DNA of 64,000 nt from an uncultured Acidobacteriota bacterium (GTDB lineage: Bacteria; Acidobacteriota; Blastocatellia; RBC074), in NCBI GenBank assembly GCA_963743045.1, contig CAVUOF010000009.1:63829-127828 (forward strand). The letters are read 5' to 3'. A model generated the notes under the pieces. That model did no database searches, was not told the DNA's origin, and was given only the letters and a program-made list of their open reading frames with translations. Positions 19,371 to 29,827 of this stretch are shown here, piece after piece (position 1 is the stretch's first letter; each line of letters begins with the position of its first letter). A program made the translations under genes and the position numbers.

Positions 19371-21032
19371 TTGACCAACAGTCTCGAAACTGAGATCGAA
19401 TTCGCGCTCTTTGCGCCCTACAACGAAGCCGCCAGCCTCCTTGGCTCCTTTACAGACGAAGCCATTCCTATGCAGAAGGGCGACGATGGTTACTTCCGCA
19501 CGCGCATACCACTGGCAGACGGACTCTATCATTACCGGTTCCGTGTGCAATCCAAGAGCTGGTTTTTTCCTGAGAACGAATGGGTCGAAATCACCGACCC
19601 GTACGCCACAGACATCGACGATGCCTCACAGAACGGCATTCTCAACATCAGGGACGGACGGCGCATCGTCGACGACTACGTCTGGCAGCATGACGACCAC
19701 CTGCTGCCACCCGATCAATCGCTCGTAATCTATGAATTGCATGTCGGAGACTTCTCAGGCGGCGAAGCCGATCCCTTCATCAGAGGCAAATACACCGACG
19801 TCACGTTGAAGCTGGATTACCTCGCCGAACTCGGGATCAATGCCATCGAATTGATGCCCGTCAAAGAATTCCCTGGCGACAGAAGTTGGGGCTATAACCC
19901 GCGCTACTTTTTCGCTACGGAATCGAGCTACGGCACAACTCTCGAGCTGAAGCGGCTCATAGATGAGTGTCATGGCCGAGGTATTCGCGTGATTATGGAT
20001 GGCGTCTACAACCATTCAGAGAGCGGCGCTCCGCTGGCGCAGATTGATCACGACTACTGGTATTACCACGAGCCGAGGGAGCCTGAGCTGAGCTGGGGAC
20101 CCCAATTCAATTACTCCCACTACGACGAGAACCTTGATATCAAACCCGCATGGAAGTTCATCGGAGAGGTTGTCCGCTTCTGGATTGAGGAGTATCACAT
20201 CGACGGAATCCGCTACGACGCGGCCCGTCAGATCGGTGACCTTGAGTTTATGCGTTGGATAGTTGAGAGGACGAGGGAGGTAGCTGGAGCCAAGCCTTTC
20301 TACAACATTGCCGAGTATCTTCCTCCCGAAACTCGCGTGGTCGGCGCGGCAGGTCCGATGGACGGCTGCTGGCACGACTTCTTTCTGCACACAGTGGTCC
20401 CGTTCCTTGGTACAGGAGAGGTCGAGCTGGAACGATTGAAAGACGTTCTTGACGCCAAGCGAACCGGCTTTGAGGGTGCGGTGAGCGTGATCAACTATCT
20501 ATCGAATCACGATCACGACCACTTAATGGCCGATCTCGCCGAGCACGGACTCCTCGACGGTGCTGCTTTCGGGCGTGCGAGACTCGGAGCTGCTCTCCTG
20601 ATGACGGCAATGGGCGTGCCGATGATCTGGATGGGTGAGGAATTCGGCGAGTGCAAAACGAAGACGATCGATCAAAACAAGATCGACTGGCAGCTTCTGG
20701 CCAATGAAGCAAACCGCGGCTTGCTTGACTACTACCGTGGACTGATCGCCCTGCGAAGGCAAAGCCCCGCTTTGCAGACGGACAACATAAGCTTCTTTCA
20801 TGAAAATCAGGAGGAGAAGGTTCTCGGCTATGTTCGTTGGAACGATGAGGGCTCGCGAGTCGTAGTCTTAGTGAACCTGTCTGGCCGGAACCTCGAGGGA
20901 TATAGGATTGAGTCCATTCCCGAGAATGGAGTCTGGCACGAATGGACCAGCAATCAGGACGTTGAGGTCAATGACGGCGTGCTCGTCTACGACCTGCCGG
21001 AATACGAAGCCAGAATCTTCGTCCTCGGCTGA
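19371..21032 (+). CDS. GH13 alpha-amylase-family glycoside hydrolase with N-terminal CBM48/E-set-like domain
   Basis: IYELHVGDFSG, GINAIELMPV, WGYNPRYFF, RVIMDGVYNHS, IDGIRYDAARQI, NYLSNHDHD. The start is uncertain: the in-frame TTG at 19371 is the first plausible start after the R2 repeat. Confidence 0.8.
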   Translation: MTNSLETEIEFALFAPYNEAASLLGSFTDEAIPMQKGDDGYFRTRIPLADGLYHYRFRVQSKSWFFPENEWVEITDPYATDIDDASQNGILNIRDGRRIVDDYVWQHDDHLLPPDQSLVIYELHVGDFSGGEADPFIRGKYTDVTLKLDYLAELGINAIELMPVKEFPGDRSWGYNPRYFFATESSYGTTLELKRLIDECHGRGIRVIMDGVYNHSESGAPLAQIDHDYWYYHEPREPELSWGPQFNYSHYDENLDIKPAWKFIGEVVRFWIEEYHIDGIRYDAARQIGDLEFMRWIVERTREVAGAKPFYNIAEYLPPETRVVGAAGPMDGCWHDFFLHTVVPFLGTGEVELERLKDVLDAKRTGFEGAVSVINYLSNHDHDHLMADLAEHGLLDGAAFGRARLGAALLMTAMGVPMIWMGEEFGECKTKTIDQNKIDWQLLANEANRGLLDYYRGLIALRRQSPALQTDNISFFHENQEEKVLGYVRWNDEGSRVVVLVNLSGRNLEGYRIESIPENGVWHEWTSNQDVEVNDGVLVYDLPEYEARIFVLG

Positions 21033-21055
21033 CCAAACGCTGGAGTTGAAAAACT

Positions 21056-23489
21056 ATGATTACCTGGCTGGAACAATTCGTTCAGGACTTGAAATTCGGA
21101 ACGCGTAACCTGCTCAGGAATCCTGCTTTCAGTGCCATCGCCATGCTCTCCCTGGCGCTCGGGATAATGGCCACCACGGCAATCTACAGCGTCATTCACG
21201 GCGTCATCCTCGACCCGTTCCCATATAAGGACGTCGATAACCTGATGAGCGTCAAGGTATGGGATCCGAGCCAGCGAGGAATGCGGCTCGGCTACTCGAC
21301 CGATCAGTTTCTCGAGATCGCGGAGCGCAGCTCGATCTTCGATGGCGTAATTGCATCGACGATCAGTGACGTTCTCTGGACAGGCAGCGGCGATCCACAG
21401 CGCCTGCGCGGCAACTACGGTACGCCCAATACATTTCAGGTGATGGGTGTTCAACCATTGCTGGGTCGCGTGATCACACCCGCGGATGGCAGCCCTGAAG
21501 CGGTTCCGGTGATTGTTCTCGGCTACAAATTCTGGCAGCGACAGTTTGCGGGCGACCCCGGCGTCATCGGACGAGAACTAAGGCTCAATGACAAGGTAAG
21601 AACTATCGTTGGCGTCATGCCAAAGCGATTCATGTGGAGGGGCGCTGATGTCTACCTTCCAGTAGTCTTCGAGCGAGGCAAAGCAATCGAAGGCGTTCGC
21701 GGCGTCCATTTGCTTGGACGACTCAAGCCAGGCATCACGGAGGCCCAGGCCGAGGCCGACCTGCATCCAATCATTCAGGATTTGAAGACGCGCGAGCCGG
21801 CACAGTTTCCAGACAGGTGGCGCGTCGGTCTCCTGTCATTCAAGGAGACCTTCCCCAGCAGTATCACGAGGAATCTCTGGATACTATTTGGAGCAGTCGG
21901 ACTGCTACTCCTGATCGCCTGTGCGAACGTTTCCAATCTTCTTCTTTCACGTGCCAGCGCGCGGCAGAAGGAGATGGTCATCCGGGCTGCGCTCGGTGCC
22001 GGACGCGCGAGACTCGTGCGTCAACTGCTGACCGAAAGCCTGATGCTCGCGATCGGCGGCGGACTGCTCGGAATAGGCATGGCCTTCGGCGCCCTCCGAG
22101 CAATTCTTGCCCTTGTTCCACAGGACACAATCCCAGACGAGGCAGAGGTAGTGCTCAACACACCGGTCCTGCTCTTCGCGCTTGTGGTATCGGTGCTCAC
22201 GAGCCTTCTCTTCGGTCTGGCTCCTGCCCTCCACACATCGACGCCGGACCTCGCAAATCCGCTGCGTGAGGCTGGCCGCGGCATGGCTGGAAACTCGAGC
22301 CAGGCGTTCCTTCGCAAAGGCCTCGTTGTAGCCGAGGTGGCGCTCTCCCTGATGCTGCTGGTAGCGGCAAGCCTCATGATTCGGACTGCTCTTTGCGATG
22401 CAGCAGGTCGAGCTCGGATTCCGCGCGGACCGGCTCCTCGTCATGAGAGTTCCTCTGCCCGAGAAGAGATATCCGGATCGACAGCGCCGAACAGATTTCT
22501 TCCAGGATCTGCTGCGCCGCTCGAGCGCGCTGCCGGGAGTGGTTGCCGCGGGCATCAACACGGGCGTCCATCCCTTCGGCAATTATGGTTTTCCGATAGA
22601 GGTAGTGGGTGCTGCGCAACAGAACCAGCAGCCAGTAATCGTTCACGAGATCAGCCCCGACTACACGCGAGCCCTTGGAATAGCCATGGTGCAGGGGAGA
22701 CTCTTTGCGGAGAACGAGGTCAACAGCAGGCAGCAGCTGGCAATCGTCAATCAGAATTTCGTCAAGAACAGGCTCGAGGGTCAGAATGCGCTCGGTCGAG
22801 TTATTCGTATTCCACAGCTCAAGCAGCCTCCGAGCTCGCTCGAGAATGACTCTTTTCAGGTAATCGGCGTGGTAAACGATACGCTCAACAGAGGCCTCGC
22901 CGATCAGATGGTTTCCGAAGTCTACATACCTTTCACCGTGACAGCACGGGCCGACCGGATTGTTGTGCTGACAAATGGGGACCCGGCGTCAATGACTCAC
23001 TCAGTCGTCAGCCAGGTGTACGCCATCGACAAGGATCAACCGGTGACGGGGATGAGAACTATGGGAACGGTGCTCGAAGAGGGCATCTACTCGGGGCCTC
23101 GCTTCAATCTCGCGCTCTTCTCGGCGTTCGCGGCGTTGGGACTGATTCTTGCCGTGATCGGAGTCTATGGAGTGATGTCAAACTCGGTTGCACAACAGAC
23201 GCAGGAGATAGGCGTGCGAATGGCTCTTGGAGCCGCTCCGGGGATAATCACTCGCATGGTGGTCTGGCGGGGAGTTGTGCTCTTGCTGGTGGGCATAGCG
23301 ATCGGACTGGTGGGGAGTTTCTTCAGCGTGCGGCTCCTGTCGAGCCAGGTTCAAATAGTCTCTCCGTTCGATGCGATATCGTTCAGCGCCGTGCCGTTGG
23401 TCCTTCTCGCAGCGGGAGTTCTGGCGTGTTTGTGGCCGGCGATGCGGGCGGCGAGAGTGGACCCGGTGCTCGCCTTGCGAGGGGAATAA
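21056..23489 (+). pseudogene. ADOP-family duplicated MacB-like ABC permease (TIGR03434-like); one frame change
   Basis: MITWLEQFVQDLKFGTRNLLRNPAFSAIAMLSLALGIMATTAIYSVIHGVIL. It has two FtsX-like TM bundles and ends with ...PAMRAARVDPVLALRGE. ORFs 21056..22849 and 22398..23489 join near 22388. Confidence 0.8.
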
Positions 23490-23560
23490 TCGGGCATCGT
23501 GCCGCTTTCGGGCAGCGACAGGAGGCTGGAACAATGATATCGTTCAGAGAAAGGCCGCTG

Positions 23561-23818
23561 TTCCTGCGCACGGAACGTGCGCGCGGATATTAGCCGGTGG
23601 TGAAACCACCGGTTAAGAAACCCACCGAAGGCGGGCCGCGCCCGGGAAGGGCGCCGGACAGACTCACGTAAGTACGTGATTCAATCAAAATAGTTTACCT
23701 GAAATGGCATCGTCTTGCGGTTTCCGTCCAGCGCCCCTTGCGGGCGCGAGCACGCGGGGACGCGTATCCGGCGGTTTCACCGCCGGCAAATATCCGCAGC
23801 ACGTCCCGTGCGCAGGAA
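23561..23818. repeat. R5-type MITE-like element, 258 bp, with about 52-bp terminal inverted repeats
   Basis: TTCCTGCGCACGGAACGTGCGCGCGGATATTAGCCGGTGGTGAAACCACCGG (23561..23612) versus the reverse complement of CCGGCGGTTTCACCGCCGGCAAATATCCGCAGCACGTCCCGTGCGCAGGAA (23768..23818). There are additional internal GC hairpins. Confidence 0.85.
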
Positions 23819-24679
23819 ATATCGCGAAGGCCTTGTTAGCGAAGGAGTCAGCCCTCTCAACCGTCGACCAATTCCTTCGCGCTCCGGCTCATGCCACGAC
23901 ACCTCGCCCCCGTCCTCAAACCTCTTTACTCCGACTCGCCTGATGGCCCCGTCATCCACTCTCTCAAGCGGCGTATACCGCGAATGCGGCGATTCCTTAT
24001 AAGGATCATTTCTCGCCGCGTTATAACAGCAGATCAGAGACCAGCGAGGCTGATCTGACTTGTTCTGATCCGAGCGGTGCAACAGATTGCAGTGAAAGAA
24101 GAGAGCATCTCCAGGCTCCATCTCACAATGAACCAGTTCGAGCCGACCAAGCGCCTCATTGACTTTCTCTGCGTCGGCGCCCGCCTGCTCACCCGACAAA
24201 ACATGGTCCAGCCGGCCCAGCAGATGCGAACCGCGAAGAACCTGCAGGCAACCGTTCTCCCGAGTGGCCGGATCAACTGCAATCGACACGCTCGTCAGCA
24301 GGGGGAACAGCACGCCGAAGTGATACCAGTAGCCGTAGTCCTGGTGCCACGTCCACGCCCCTCCAGTTCGCGCATCCTTGAGGATCATCTTCGAATGGTA
24401 GTGATAGGCCTCGCCTCCGAGAATCCTCTCCACCGAATCGACGATCCGCTCGCAGCGCGCAAACATCCCGTAGATGCTGTCTCCCGGCTGATTCCAGAGC
24501 GAGAGGCGGACTGTTCCGCCCTCTCCGTCGGCACGATTGAATGACTGCCGGTCGAGCTCACGGTCGAGAAGCGCGGACTGCCTCAGCAGGTCTATCTCGT
24601 CGCGCTCGAAAAGGCCTCTGGAAAGCAGGTAGCCATCAGCGTGGTAAGCGTCGAGTTCCTGGTATGTCAGGATTCCCAT
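23777..24679 (-). CDS. phytanoyl-CoA dioxygenase (PhyH) family Fe(II)/2-oxoglutarate oxygenase
   Basis: Intact 300-aa ORF: YHADGYLLSRGLF...WHQDYGYW...NGCLQVLRGSH...GDALFFHCNLLHRSDQN. The last ~14 codons run into the R5 element. Confidence 0.75.
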   Translation of the reverse strand: MGILTYQELDAYHADGYLLSRGLFERDEIDLLRQSALLDRELDRQSFNRADGEGGTVRLSLWNQPGDSIYGMFARCERIVDSVERILGGEAYHYHSKMILKDARTGGAWTWHQDYGYWYHFGVLFPLLTSVSIAVDPATRENGCLQVLRGSHLLGRLDHVLSGEQAGADAEKVNEALGRLELVHCEMEPGDALFFHCNLLHRSDQNKSDQPRWSLICCYNAARNDPYKESPHSRYTPLERVDDGAIRRVGVKRFEDGGEVSWHEPEREGIGRRLRGLTPSLTRPSRYFLRTGRAADICRR

Positions 24680-24777
24680 TCGGGATCAGCCTCCGCAAGT
24701 CTCCACTAAAGATCGAGCTCAGTATATACTCTACCGACCAGTCAGTAGCTGACCTCGTTCGAAAGGAGAACCTTCAA

Positions 24778-25839
24778 TTGTCCAAGCATCGGTTTGCAGC
24801 TGCCTTCCTGTTCGGCGCACTCGGCCTCGTTCTTATCAGCCTGACGCAGCATATCGCGGCGCAGACTCAACAGCCAACAGCACCGGCCGGACAGGCAACG
24901 CGTCCGCCCGATCCGGCGCGCGCTCGACCCGCTCTGGCAGCCAACTTTAAGGCGCCCGACGGCATAGACTTTCGCTCGGCCAACATTATGAGTGAGGGCG
25001 TGCGGCTCCACGCTGAGCTCTTTTCGCTAAAGACCCTCGCAGGCACTAAGCTCCCGACGATCATCATGGCCGATGGCTGGGGTGGTGTCGCAGCCAACTT
25101 CCGCCGCGATGCCATCGATCTTGCGAATGCGGGATACCTGGTGATCATCTTCGACTACCGCGGCTGGGGCGAAAGCGATGCTCGCCTCGTACTGACCAAG
25201 CCTTACCCTGTCACACCGACGCCGGGCCAAAATCAGAAATTCACCGCCGAGGTGGTCGAAGTGCGCGAGTACGTGGATCCTTTCGAGCAGACCACCGATT
25301 GGTTCAACGTCATTGACTGGGCAGCAGCCGAGCCGATGGTCGATGCCTCGAGAATAGGAATTCGCGGCTCGAGCTACTCCGGAGGACATGTCTTCTATGT
25401 AGCTGCCTGGGACCCCCGGATTAAGGCCGTTGTCAGCCAGGTCGGAGCATTCGATTCCCGCTGGGTGGTCGCCGACTCGGCTCAACAGGAACAGACCTTT
25501 GCCGAGGCGGCCAGGCGTGCTCACGGCGAAATGTACCCGGCGCCTCGAGCCGTGGTCGTCGGTAATCTCATCGGCGCTCCAATCCGCGAGAGTCTCGCGC
25601 GCTATGCACCGGTTGACGATGCCGCAAGAGTCAAGGCGGCGGTGCTCTTTATCGTAGCCGAGAAGGAAGAGCTGTTCGATAACAAGGATCACGCCAAGCT
25701 TGCCTACGATCGCATGGCGGGCAGCAACAAGAAATATGTCGTCATCCCGAATATTACCCACTATGGAGTCTACTTGCAGCAGCGCGACCAGGCCATGAAG
25801 CTCGCTATCGAATGGTTCAATCAATATCTTAAGAAATAG
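24778..25839 (+). CDS. secreted alpha/beta hydrolase (dienelactone hydrolase / S15-like)
   Basis: AAAGGAGA then TTG at 24778 (LSKHRFAAAFLFGALGLVLISLTQHIAAQ). IIMADGWGG...YLVIIFDYRGWGESD and nucleophile elbow IGIRGSSYSGGH. Confidence 0.65.
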   Translation: MSKHRFAAAFLFGALGLVLISLTQHIAAQTQQPTAPAGQATRPPDPARARPALAANFKAPDGIDFRSANIMSEGVRLHAELFSLKTLAGTKLPTIIMADGWGGVAANFRRDAIDLANAGYLVIIFDYRGWGESDARLVLTKPYPVTPTPGQNQKFTAEVVEVREYVDPFEQTTDWFNVIDWAAAEPMVDASRIGIRGSSYSGGHVFYVAAWDPRIKAVVSQVGAFDSRWVVADSAQQEQTFAEAARRAHGEMYPAPRAVVVGNLIGAPIRESLARYAPVDDAARVKAAVLFIVAEKEELFDNKDHAKLAYDRMAGSNKKYVVIPNITHYGVYLQQRDQAMKLAIEWFNQYLKK

Positions 25840-25892
25840 TAATCTCCAGCCGCTCTCAACATTCACCGGACTCCATATATTCTATCCGTGCC

Positions 25893-26900
25893 ATGCTTAC
25901 CATCATGTACAACACGGGTAGCACCGAGGCTGTCCATGTTCAGGATCAGACTGTCCTGCCGAAGTTGCTGACCGACAAGACGCGCCCCTTCTGGCTCGAC
26001 CTCGAATCTCCGACGCCAGAAGAGTTCAAGATCCTGTCCGACGTCTTTCAGTTCCATCCGCTGGCAGTCGAAGACGCGATGAAGCCGAATCAACGGCCCA
26101 AAATCGACGAGTACGACAAGCTACTTCTTCATGGCGGCCGATGAGGTGACGCTCCGGGCCCCCACCAAAAATGATGCGAGCCAGGCTGCCCGCCGCCTGA
26201 TGCCGAGGACGAAGATGTTCAGTCGAGACAACTGAGCATGTTCCTGGGTGAAAACTTCCTCGTCACCATTCATGTCAAGCCTGTCGACGCGGTCCGCAGA
26301 TTGCGTGATCGCTGCGATCGCAGCCGGCGGCTTTTCGAGCACGGCGCCGACTACCTGCTCTATACGCTGCTTGACGAACTCGTCGATAACTACTTTCCGA
26401 TGCTCACTACTCTCGATGACAGCATGGACGATCTGCAGGATAGAGTAGTCGGGAGGCCTGACCAGGGCACTCTTGAGACCATCTTTCAAATGAAGCGCAC
26501 TCTGACTCGACTTCGTCGATTCGCCGGGCCGTTGCGCGAGGTTTGTCAGATGCTGATTACTCGCGACTTCACCAACATTCAGCCGCGAACAATTCCCTAT
26601 CTGCGCGATGTTGCCGATCACCTTTTTAGAATCTATGAGACGCTCGACAGCTATCGCGATCTAATGTCCAACATGCTTGATGCGCACCTGTCGCAGGTAG
26701 CCAATGAAATGAATCGCGTCATGCAGAGGCTCGCTGTCGTCGGAACGGTTTTTCTTCCGATCACTTTTTTGACCGGCGTCTTCGGCATGAACTTCGCCGA
26801 TCAACCGTGGCTCAAAACCAACTTCTGGTTCTGGATGGCGGCGATGGCTTTTCTGGCCGTGCTCATCTATGTATGGTTCCGCCGCCACCGTATGGTTTGA
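25893..26900 (+). pseudogene. corA: CorA family Mg2+/Co2+ transporter; two compensating frame changes
   Basis: FQFHPLAVEDAMKPNQRPKIDEY, FLGENFLVTIH, and the C-terminal TM pair with the GMN signature (FLTGVFGMNF). ORFs 25893..26144 and 26238..26900 are in the same frame, but about 70 nt between them read in another frame (junctions near 26122 and 26190). Confidence 0.85.
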
Positions 26901-26992
26901 CTTTGGAGTGCGGCGACCTGTCGCCGCTTTTGATTCAGGTGTGGACACATAAGAAGGGCGGCTCGCGAGCCGCCCCTACGAGCCGCCCCTAC
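26901..26992. repeat. R1 solo arm followed by an R3 palindrome with a partial tandem duplication
   Basis: CTTTGGAGTGCGGCGACCTGTCGCCGCTTTTG starts directly after the corA stop. It is followed by GGGCGGCTCGCGAGCCGCCCCTACGAGCCGCCCCTAC. Confidence 0.85.
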
Positions 26993-27097
26993 GGCTACAG
27001 CCCGACATTGCTCTTGACGCCCTGTTACCAATTGCGTTATCACTCACCCACTCTCCGCAACCTTTTTTGCAGGCAAAATCCTTAAAGGAGATTTGAG

Positions 27098-27604
27098 ATG
27101 AAAAGATTAGTATTGGCTTCGGTCTCGCTGTGCGCTCTTTTGACCGGACTCTGGGCTGTTTCGGCCGCACCAACCAACTTCGCCGGCACCTGGTCGCTCG
27201 ACAAGCAAAAGAGCGAAGGGCTGCAGGGGCCAATGGCCGACATCGATATCACCATGACGGTGACTCAGGACGACAAGACACTTACGGTCGAGACCAAATA
27301 CACAGGTGGCGATCGCGAAATACCGACTCAGAAAATCACCTACAAGCTCGATGGGAGCGAGACTCAGGCCGATTTCGCCGGCATGATCCCGGGGAAGGGA
27401 ACAATCTCGGGCAAATGGGTCGGCGACGGCAAACAGGTCGAGCTTCACGCCGTTCGCAACGTCAACTTCCAGGGTAACGAGGCGACTATCAAAGTGAATG
27501 AAACATGGGACCTCATGGAAGGCGGGAAGGTTCTTCAGGTCAAACGGTCGGTCGATTTCGGACAGGGTCAGCTGGATTCGAAACTGATCTTCAACAAGAA
27601 GTGA
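27098..27604 (+). CDS. secreted hypothetical protein (lipocalin-like beta-rich)
   Basis: Intact 168-aa ORF with signal peptide MKRLVLASVSLCALLTGLWAVSA, GGAGA RBS, and an alternating beta-strand pattern. No catalytic motif recognised. Confidence 0.5.
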   Translation: MKRLVLASVSLCALLTGLWAVSAAPTNFAGTWSLDKQKSEGLQGPMADIDITMTVTQDDKTLTVETKYTGGDREIPTQKITYKLDGSETQADFAGMIPGKGTISGKWVGDGKQVELHAVRNVNFQGNEATIKVNETWDLMEGGKVLQVKRSVDFGQGQLDSKLIFNKK

Positions 27605-27644
27605 TGCCGGGCGGCGCTCCCCGCTGCTCACGAGGGAAATACGC

Positions 27645-29028
27645 ATGGCTAAGCTCAGAAGGTACTGGCTTGTCTTAACAGTCGTCATCTTTGCGGCAAT
27701 CATCTGCTTCGATCGAGCGAACATGGCGGCGAAGCGGAATCAGCCCGCCTCGAGTCAACATGTCGGTCATGATTTCGATCGACGGACTCGTACCCGACTA
27801 TTACACATCGCCGGAGAGTATCGGCCTGCAGGTTCCGACTCTGATGATGATGAAGCAGAGCGGGGCGTATGCGGAGGGCGTCGAGGGCGTCTACCCAACT
27901 GTCACCTACCCGTCGCATACGACGCTGATCACGGGAGCTCGCCCAGCGATTCACGGCATCGTCCAGAACCGCATCTTCGAAGCGCCTAATGAGCCGCAGA
28001 CGAAAGCCTGGTACTGGTACAGCAAAGATTTGAAGGCCGAGACGCTGTGGTCGAAGGCCAAAAAGGCGGGTCTGGTGACCGCTTCAGTGGGTTGGCCAGT
28101 GACGGTCGGAGCCGAGATAGATTACAACGTGCCCGAGATAATCGACCCCAATGAAACGCCGTCAACGTGGAAGAAGATCATCGAGAATTCAACGCCCGGC
28201 CTTCTTGAGAAGGCCCTCGGCAGTGATTACGGCAAAGAGCTGACCGGAGATGATCGATTGACTAAGGCCAGCGAGTACATCATCAGGACCTACCGTCCCA
28301 ATCTTCTCCTGGTTCACCTGATCGAACTCGATGGTGTTCACCACCGTGCCGGACCCCGCACCAAGCCGGCAATCGAAGTTGCACAGCGCGAGGATGGCTA
28401 TGTCCGTCGGATCATCGAAGCGACCAAGGCCGCCGGCATCTTTGACCAGACCACATTTTTCCTGGTCTCCGATCACGGCTTCGCGGCCGTGAGCAGGAGA
28501 TTCGAGCCCAACGTAGTGCTGGTGAAAGAAAAACTGATCACCCTCGACGAAAGCGGCAAACCAACCAGTTGGAAGGCTGCTGCGTGGCCGGCGGGCGGCT
28601 CTTCGGCAATCGTCCTGCATGATGCGGGAGACAAAGAGACCGAGCGAAAGGTGAACCAGATATTCTCCGAGTGGGCGAAGCGCAGTGACAGTCCAATCAA
28701 GGAGATAGTCACTCGGAAGGAGCTCAATCGGATGCAGGCCATTCCGCAGGCAGCATTTATGCTCGAGGCGGCAAACGGCTTCACTATGGGTGAGTCGCTC
28801 TCTGGTCCCGAGGTCCACGACTCCGGCCAGAACTACCACGGAACACACGGTTATCTGCCGACCAACCCGGCCATGCGTGCTTCACTGATCATCTACGGGA
28901 ATCACGCACGTGCGGGCGCCAAGGTCAGTCTCTGGCGAATGGTTGATACCGGGCCGACAGCCGCTGGTTTGCTGGGGCTGACCCTCTCGAATGCGGAGGG
29001 AAAAGACAACAAGGCCCTGATCAAGTAG
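27645..29028 (+). pseudogene. nucleotide pyrophosphatase/phosphodiesterase (alkaline phosphatase superfamily); one frame change after the signal peptide
   Basis: ATG at 27645 (MAKLRRYWLVLTVVIFAAIICF) is in ORF 27645..27989. The core is in ORF 27691..29028: VMISIDGLVPDYY...YPTVTYPSHTTLITGARPAIHGIVQN...LVSDHGF...GTHGYLP. Junction near 27755. Confidence 0.75.
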
Positions 29029-29041
29029 CGGATAAAAATTG

Positions 29042-29079
29042 AGCGGACGGTCTCGGCAATTGCTTCGAGACCGTCCGCT
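29042..29079. terminator. bidirectional stem-loop between convergent genes
   Basis: AGCGGACGGTCTCG (29042..29055) pairs with CGAGACCGTCCGCT (29066..29079). AAAAATT on the left gives a U-run for the minus-strand transcript of 29144..29512. Confidence 0.6.
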
Positions 29080-29143
29080 GCTATGTGTACTGCAGCCGAG
29101 TGCTTGTTGTCGCTCGGCCTATGTTTCGGGTGTAGTCCTACTA

Positions 29144-29512
29144 CTAATTGGTCCCAGCAACGTCCTCACCGATAGTCAGCTCTTCGCGCTGGCCACCAAG
29201 ACGCATGCCAACAACCTTGGAACCCTCGGGCGTGTTGGTAGTGAGCAGAGCGTCATCTCGGAACTTCTTGTCGTTAACCTTGACGGTGGCTTTCGCGCGA
29301 GCGAGAACCTTCTCTCCATCGAGGATGCTCATTTCACCCGACTGGGCGTTGAACTCGACGAGGTAACGGCCCTTTTTGACCACAGTGTTATTGATTCGAA
29401 CGTCGTTTTCGAATGTGAAGTGCTCTTTAAGATTCTTCTCTTGTGCCAGTGCGGCGACGCCGGACAGGCTAAGAAGAGAAGTCAGAATGATGCTAACAGC
29501 AAATTTTTTCAT
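29144..29512 (-). CDS. small secreted hypothetical protein
   Basis: Intact 122-aa ORF with signal peptide MKKFAVSIILTSLLSLSGVAALAQ and GGAG RBS. The flank is visibly AT-richer than the neighbourhood. Confidence 0.55.
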   Translation of the reverse strand: MKKFAVSIILTSLLSLSGVAALAQEKNLKEHFTFENDVRINNTVVKKGRYLVEFNAQSGEMSILDGEKVLARAKATVKVNDKKFRDDALLTTNTPEGSKVVGMRLGGQREELTIGEDVAGTN

Positions 29513-29678
29513 AATATTCTCCCTCTCCTGCTATCAAACGCTAAAGGCTCGCCCTTGGTTTCCTTAATTTGCGCAAAAAATCACAAAGTCGCCCGATGAG
29601 CCTCTAACTAAAGGAGTTGTTGGACTTATTAAAAGCATCGAATTTGGATGGGTTGCGCCTGAAGGGCGCCTGCGAGCG

Positions 29679-29816
29679 GAGCAATTTGGAGCGCGGCGAC
29701 CTGTCGCCGCTTTTCGTCAGCTAGGGCACATTATGCTTTGCAGGCCACACTTCTTCTCCGCGAGGTCACTACCTAAATCAAAAGCGGCGACAGGTCGCCG
29801 CACTCCAAATTGCTCC
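29679..29816. repeat. R1 element
   Basis: GAGCAATTTGGAGCGCGGCGACCTGTCGCCGCTTTT ... AAAAGCGGCGACAGGTCGCCGCACTCCAAATTGCTCC. Confidence 0.9.
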
Positions 29817-29827
29817 TCGGATTGGGC

